Below are positions 7,813 through 11,126 of a DNA stretch of 11,126 nucleotides, piece after piece (position 1 is the stretch's first letter; each line of letters opens with the position of its first letter). The notes below the pieces were generated by a model. The model saw only the letters and a program-made list of their open reading frames with translations. It was not told the origin of the DNA and did not search any database. Source of the stretch: a virus (Duplodnaviria; Heunggongvirae; Uroviricota; Caudoviricetes). A program made the translations under genes and the position numbers. The stretch lies in IMG/VR virus record IMGVR_UViG_2617270938_000004; one strand, written 5' to 3'.

Positions 7813-8075
7813 TATTTTATCTCCGCGCCAATATCGCGCATTTTATTTATTACATTGTTAAGTTGCTCATCAGACAGAACAAGCTGAGCTGCAATATAAA
7901 ACAGTATGTGTCTTGACATTACCCTGGGGCTCTCTCCGCCAGTGTATTTCCGCCATTGGCTATCGCTGGCTACACCTGCGAGCCCTGCCATTTGGTTTCC
8001 GGAGTAATTTAGTGCGGATTTCAGTCTGGCTAAATCTTCCTGCGTTGGAGGGGTGTATTTATTTATTAAAATCAT
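7812..8075 (-). CDS. XRE-like helix-turn-helix DNA-binding protein, co-transcribed upstream of the acyltransferase
   Basis: 87 aa from the ATG at 8075-8073. 'TQEDLARLKSALNYSGNQMAGLAGVASDSQWRKYTGGE' fits a Cro/C1-type HTH. Its stop overlaps the acyltransferase start in a TAATG arrangement (7810-7814, minus strand). An 87-codon ORF in AT-rich DNA is unlikely by chance. The ORF-track start at 8099 is a GTG without RBS. Confidence 0.55.
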   Translation of the reverse strand: MILINKYTPPTQEDLARLKSALNYSGNQMAGLAGVASDSQWRKYTGGESPRVMSRHILFYIAAQLVLSDEQLNNVINKMRDIGAEIK

Positions 8076-8107
8076 TCTCTTATTTAACCGTTTAAACACG
8101 TAAGGCG

Positions 8108-8136
8108 ATGTTAGCCCTGAAGGGGCGGGGCGTCAA
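8108..8136 (-). promoter_or_regulatory. Candidate sigma70-like promoter (TTGACG-N17-TAACAT on the minus strand) for the HTH-acyltransferase operon
   Basis: Reverse complement of 8131-8136 is 'TTGACG' and of 8108-8113 is 'TAACAT', with a 17-nt spacer, about 33 nt upstream of the ATG at 8075. Pattern match only. Confidence 0.2.
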
Positions 8137-8176
8137 TCTTAATTGCTTCATTGAAAAGATGAAGACAGGAACAGGT

Positions 8177-10360
8177 ATGGACAAAAGATATAATACCGGC
8201 AATCCAAGACCTTCAAATAGCATGAAGGATCTGAATGATAACGCCCTGGCGTACGATGATTTCCTGAACAGCGAAAGAGATACTTTTATAGATCGTTTTG
8301 GTAACGCCCAGGATACGATAATTGGGGCTACTAAAAAAATGGCAGCTGCTACCGACGCTGTTATTGATGAAGCCCGCCAAAACCTGATCCCTCTGAGCAA
8401 GCAATACATGACGCTTGCTGATGCACAGGCAGATATTGCTAATATCCCCGAGGGGAGCACTACTTATTATCGCAGCCCGGATGACAGCGCCCTCGCGATC
8501 GAGGTCATGAACGTTGGCGGAACGTTGCAGCCAACCGGTCGCAGGATGATTTCTGCTGGATATGTTGACGCGCTGAGAGATTTGGTTGCCACTGAACTGG
8601 CGAAAATTATGGCTTTCGGTGCTGCTCAGACTACCGATGCATACCCAGATATTGCTGAGCTCATTCTTGATAGTGTAGGGCATGCCGTTTATCGCCGTTA
8701 TACCGATGGCACGAGCCAGTTTCCGGCATTGATGATTGGTTCAGGGATTGAGCTTGTGCAAATTGCAGGTGGAGGATTTGTCTGCCAGATGCGCGCCACT
8801 GGTGAAGAAATATTTAACATTTCTGCCCTTGGCAATCTGACACATGGCAGCCTGACCACGTGGTTTGCTGATGATGACAGTGTCAGTGACTATTCTGAAA
8901 TACATATGGACGGACAGGGGAGAATTTTTCGGCGAGTTCGCACAGATGGTACCGTGGAGCAGCTGGGCGATGACACACCTGATGATGACGCCTCTGAATT
9001 CCCAATGGTTGCTTCAGTTGATGGAAATATCATTGCGGTAGATGGCAGCGATGTAACTCAGATCACGAACGACTCCGGAGTTTCAAATATTGCGCCAGTG
9101 GCATATGCGGAATTTTTGCGTTATTTGTCGAATGTCAGCGGCAACTACATCACTTATCGATCCACTTATGACGGGAATTACCGGGCGCGAGAGTCATTGC
9201 GCTTTCTTATTCACCTGATTATAACTGGTCAGTCTCTTGCTGCAGGCGGTTCAACGCAAGCACAAAGCCCTGTAACGACAACAGCGCAGGCAGATTACGG
9301 CATACTCTCGTTTGAGACCGGCCCGAAAGTCGATTTTAAGTATGACACGCTGAATGAATCGCTCCTTGAGGCTGTCATCCCATGCCGGGAGAATGCTGGG
9401 ACGCGGCCTGGACAGGAGTCGCCATCAAGCGGTATGGCGTTTAAAATTCATGATCTCACCGGGCATACGGTTCTGGTTTCCGATGCGTGCTCATCCGGTA
9501 CTGCAATCGCAGACATTTCATCCGGTTCAGCGACTTTTACTGGTGCAACGAAAATGATTCAGTCAGCTGTAGCCATGGCTGAAAAGTTGGGTATGCAGTA
9601 TGTTCCCGTAATGGTGCTTATCCACGGCAACCAGAATGCAGCAGCAGGCACATCTATATCCAGTTATCGCGCCGCAATGGAGACTCTCCGTGCTCAGTAT
9701 GAGTCTGTCATTAACGCGGCAACAGGAAAAAGCCAGTCGCTTCACATGTTTGTAGGCCAGTTATCTAATACCATTCCATACGGCGGAACTGCCGGTTCGA
9801 CCAAAACTAATAACATCGGTATCGCACAATATCAGGAAGCCCGTGATAACGCATTAATCCATCTTGCCAGCGCACAGTATGCCCGCCCGTATTCAGACGG
9901 TGAGCATCTGACCAGCGCAGGGTATCGGACAGAAGGCGAAGTTATTGGCGCGGTGGTTGGTGGGTGGCTGAATGACAATACAAAATCCGCGCTTGTGCCG
10001 ATAGAGTCTGGTGTTGTGCAGTCAGGAACCACAATCACTATACCAGTGGCGGGTTGTGTTGGTGATCTCGTGATTGACACCTCGAGGGTTACCGATCCAG
10101 GCAACTACGGCTTTGTCCTGACCGGGGCCACAATTGCTTCGGTAGCCGTTAGCGGCAGCGGATCAGCAGCAAAAATAGTTATCACCAAGACCGATTCTAC
10201 CACTGCGACGGCGATATCTTATGCAAGCCAGGGGATTGCCGGACAAAACCCCGGCCCTGTAACCGGTTCGCGCGGGTGTATCAGAGATTCCCAAACAGGG
10301 ACGTCACTATCCGGCCTGCCTCTCTATAACGACCTTTGCGTTTTCTCCATCCAGCTTTAA
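8177..10360 (+). CDS. Putative tail fibre / tailspike-like protein with SGNH-hydrolase (sialate-O-acetylesterase-like) domain
   Basis: Start placed at the ATG at 8177 (AGGA 6 nt upstream); the ORF track begins at 8108. Catalytic-type motifs: 'LIITGQSLAAGGS' (GQS at 9227-9235, the SGNH block I serine), 'VLIHGNQNAAAG' (block III-like), 'DGEHLTSAGYRTEGE' (DxxH block V; Asp 9896-9898, His 9905-9907). No N-terminal signal peptide. C-terminal 130 aa is Thr/Ser/Gly-rich and looks beta-rich. It sits in a tail-fibre locus. Confidence 0.7.
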   Translation: MDKRYNTGNPRPSNSMKDLNDNALAYDDFLNSERDTFIDRFGNAQDTIIGATKKMAAATDAVIDEARQNLIPLSKQYMTLADAQADIANIPEGSTTYYRSPDDSALAIEVMNVGGTLQPTGRRMISAGYVDALRDLVATELAKIMAFGAAQTTDAYPDIAELILDSVGHAVYRRYTDGTSQFPALMIGSGIELVQIAGGGFVCQMRATGEEIFNISALGNLTHGSLTTWFADDDSVSDYSEIHMDGQGRIFRRVRTDGTVEQLGDDTPDDDASEFPMVASVDGNIIAVDGSDVTQITNDSGVSNIAPVAYAEFLRYLSNVSGNYITYRSTYDGNYRARESLRFLIHLIITGQSLAAGGSTQAQSPVTTTAQADYGILSFETGPKVDFKYDTLNESLLEAVIPCRENAGTRPGQESPSSGMAFKIHDLTGHTVLVSDACSSGTAIADISSGSATFTGATKMIQSAVAMAEKLGMQYVPVMVLIHGNQNAAAGTSISSYRAAMETLRAQYESVINAATGKSQSLHMFVGQLSNTIPYGGTAGSTKTNNIGIAQYQEARDNALIHLASAQYARPYSDGEHLTSAGYRTEGEVIGAVVGGWLNDNTKSALVPIESGVVQSGTTITIPVAGCVGDLVIDTSRVTDPGNYGFVLTGATIASVAVSGSGSAAKIVITKTDSTTATAISYASQGIAGQNPGPVTGSRGCIRDSQTGTSLSGLPLYNDLCVFSIQL

Positions 10361-10373
10361 AGGACTGTAAATC

Positions 10374-11126
10374 ATGACTACCCGCTTTTATATTGATAAC
10401 GGTGTGACAGCCACGCGTTACCTTGACACTTACCCTTATCCAAACGACATCACCCAACTTCCGGCTTTAATACCGGGGATTATCCTGCAGGCTGATTTTG
10501 ACGTAAAAGACACTGCATCATTAACCAGAAACCGGGTTGGAGCTGCTATGTCCGTTGTTGGCTCTCCTGTTCTTGGTGATTACGGCGTCAGCCTCACTGA
10601 GGCTAACCACCTGGATACAAACATCGACATAGCAGCATATAACGGCAGCGATCTGACAATGGTGACAATAGCTGTCCATCCAGGGGTAATTGGTGCTGTT
10701 GTGGGCCGGGTGCAGATGAACGCGCCACAGCGTACTCGTGGTACACAAACTACGGCTACAGCGTGGAGAGCTAAATGGTTGACTGCAGCAGGTGCAGCAC
10801 AACAGGCCGACCTTATCCCGTCTACTGCCGCAATTGATGGCGAAATGGCAGTCAGTCGGTTTGTGCGAGACAACGGTAGCGGATCAATGCTGACTAAGCT
10901 TGATCTGCCACGCACATCACAGTCAGCAACCCGCACCGCAGCGACGACTCCTTATGCTGTACCTTCGTCAAAAATTCTGCTGGGCGGTTCTGTCGAGGGA
11001 GCCACGACTGCCACTATCTTCATGCGGGCATGCCTGATTGTATCTAGGGCAATAACGGATGTTGAAATGGCAACTATTTACACCTATTACAAAAATTATT
11101 ATCAGCTGAAAGGCAAAAACATTTAA
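10374..11126 (+). CDS. LamG-like (concanavalin A-like lectin fold) domain protein, putative carbohydrate-binding tail accessory protein
   Basis: 250 aa. RBS 'AGGA' 9 nt upstream, immediately after the esterase stop. C-terminal 'ILLGGSVEGATTATIFMRACLIVSRAITDVEMATIYTYYKNY' resembles the LamG/Laminin_G_3 terminal motif (iG....F.G.IDEvRiYnRALs..Ei..lY). Assignment by motif only. Confidence 0.5.
   Translation: MTTRFYIDNGVTATRYLDTYPYPNDITQLPALIPGIILQADFDVKDTASLTRNRVGAAMSVVGSPVLGDYGVSLTEANHLDTNIDIAAYNGSDLTMVTIAVHPGVIGAVVGRVQMNAPQRTRGTQTTATAWRAKWLTAAGAAQQADLIPSTAAIDGEMAVSRFVRDNGSGSMLTKLDLPRTSQSATRTAATTPYAVPSSKILLGGSVEGATTATIFMRACLIVSRAITDVEMATIYTYYKNYYQLKGKNI

Larger units (their letters stand above)
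5931..8100. other. Compositionally distinct AT-rich module (tail fibre + acyltransferase + HTH gene), likely horizontally acquired
   Basis: Hand counts on single 60-nt lines: 6781-6840 has about 16 G+C of 60, whereas 4741-4800 has about 36 of 60. AT-rich third codon positions run through 5957-8099. Confidence 0.6.
1..11126. mobile_element. Prophage or prophage-remnant region (integrase end); element boundaries lie outside the window
   Basis: Contiguous integrase, AlpA-like regulator, RecT-like/exonuclease pair, Mu-type baseplate proteins and tail fibre genes; the integrase starts at window position 1, so the attachment site is not visible. Confidence 0.75.

Noticed and set aside
6721-8075. 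HTH plus acyltransferase as a toxin-antitoxin pair
   Set aside because: Known acetyltransferase toxins are soluble GNAT enzymes; this is a multi-pass membrane Acyl_transf_3 protein, so regulated polysaccharide modification is the more economical reading.
7430-8095. Plus-strand ORFs of 94 aa (7430-7714) and 60 aa (7913-8095)
   Set aside because: They are antisense to the acyltransferase and HTH genes, which better explain the region.
5957-8100. Invertible tail-fibre segment (Pin/Gin/Cin-type host-range switch)
   Set aside because: No serine invertase gene is present and the minus-strand genes are an acyltransferase and an HTH protein, not inverted fibre C-termini.
8108-8176. N-terminal extension of the esterase fibre ORF to the ATG at 8108
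   Set aside because: That ATG lies only 2 nt after a weak AAGG and within the candidate divergent promoter; the ATG at 8177 has a better-spaced AGGA. The true start remains uncertain.
8092-8683. Minus-strand ORFs of 122 aa and 156 aa (8092-8460 and 8213-8683)
   Set aside because: Both lie antisense within the 5' part of the esterase fibre gene and lack RBS or recognisable motifs; the plus-strand gene explains the region better.
9354-10104. Small ORFs inside the esterase gene (9354-9557 plus, 9563-9745 minus, 9832-10104 minus)
   Set aside because: Alternative-frame or antisense shadows of the esterase coding region; the esterase motifs are in the main frame.
10521-10936. Cys-rich and Ala-rich minus-strand ORFs (93 aa and 118 aa)
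   Set aside because: They are antisense within the LamG-like gene, with low-complexity composition typical of shadow ORFs in GC-rich coding DNA.
1-11126. tRNA, rRNA, CRISPR array, IS transposase, or diversity-generating retroelement
   Set aside because: No cloverleaf-like conserved tRNA sequence, repeat-spacer periodicity, transposase ORF or reverse transcriptase ORF was seen. The integrase att/tRNA target presumably lies upstream of position 1.

Overview
This window reads as the integrase-proximal end of an enterobacterial-type prophage or prophage remnant, built from three modules. (i) Positions 1-3764: a P4-type tyrosine integrase on the + strand, convergent with a tightly packed minus-strand operon encoding a PD-(D/E)XK exonuclease, a RecT/Bet-family single-strand annealing protein, an unknown 80-aa protein and an AlpA-family regulator. 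(ii) Positions 3759-5930: a Mu/e14-type baseplate trio (GP46-like, Baseplate-J-like, YmfQ/DUF2313-like) that abuts the recombination operon head-to-head, with no tail or capsid genes in between. (iii) Positions 5931-11126: a tail-fibre region that looks like a mosaic. It holds an AT-rich module with a glycine-rich tail fibre gene and a convergent minus-strand cassette (XRE-like HTH protein plus Acyl_transf_3 membrane acyltransferase, a likely O-antigen-modifying moron). This is followed by a higher-GC 728-750 aa protein with an SGNH/sialate-O-acetylesterase-like catalytic domain and a LamG-like protein. The most interesting point is that a putative polysaccharide O-acyltransferase and a putative virion-associated O-acetylesterase sit side by side. 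No tRNA, rRNA, CRISPR array, transposase or invertase was recognised. All calls come from reading the ORF translations and the nucleotide sequence; no database search was run.
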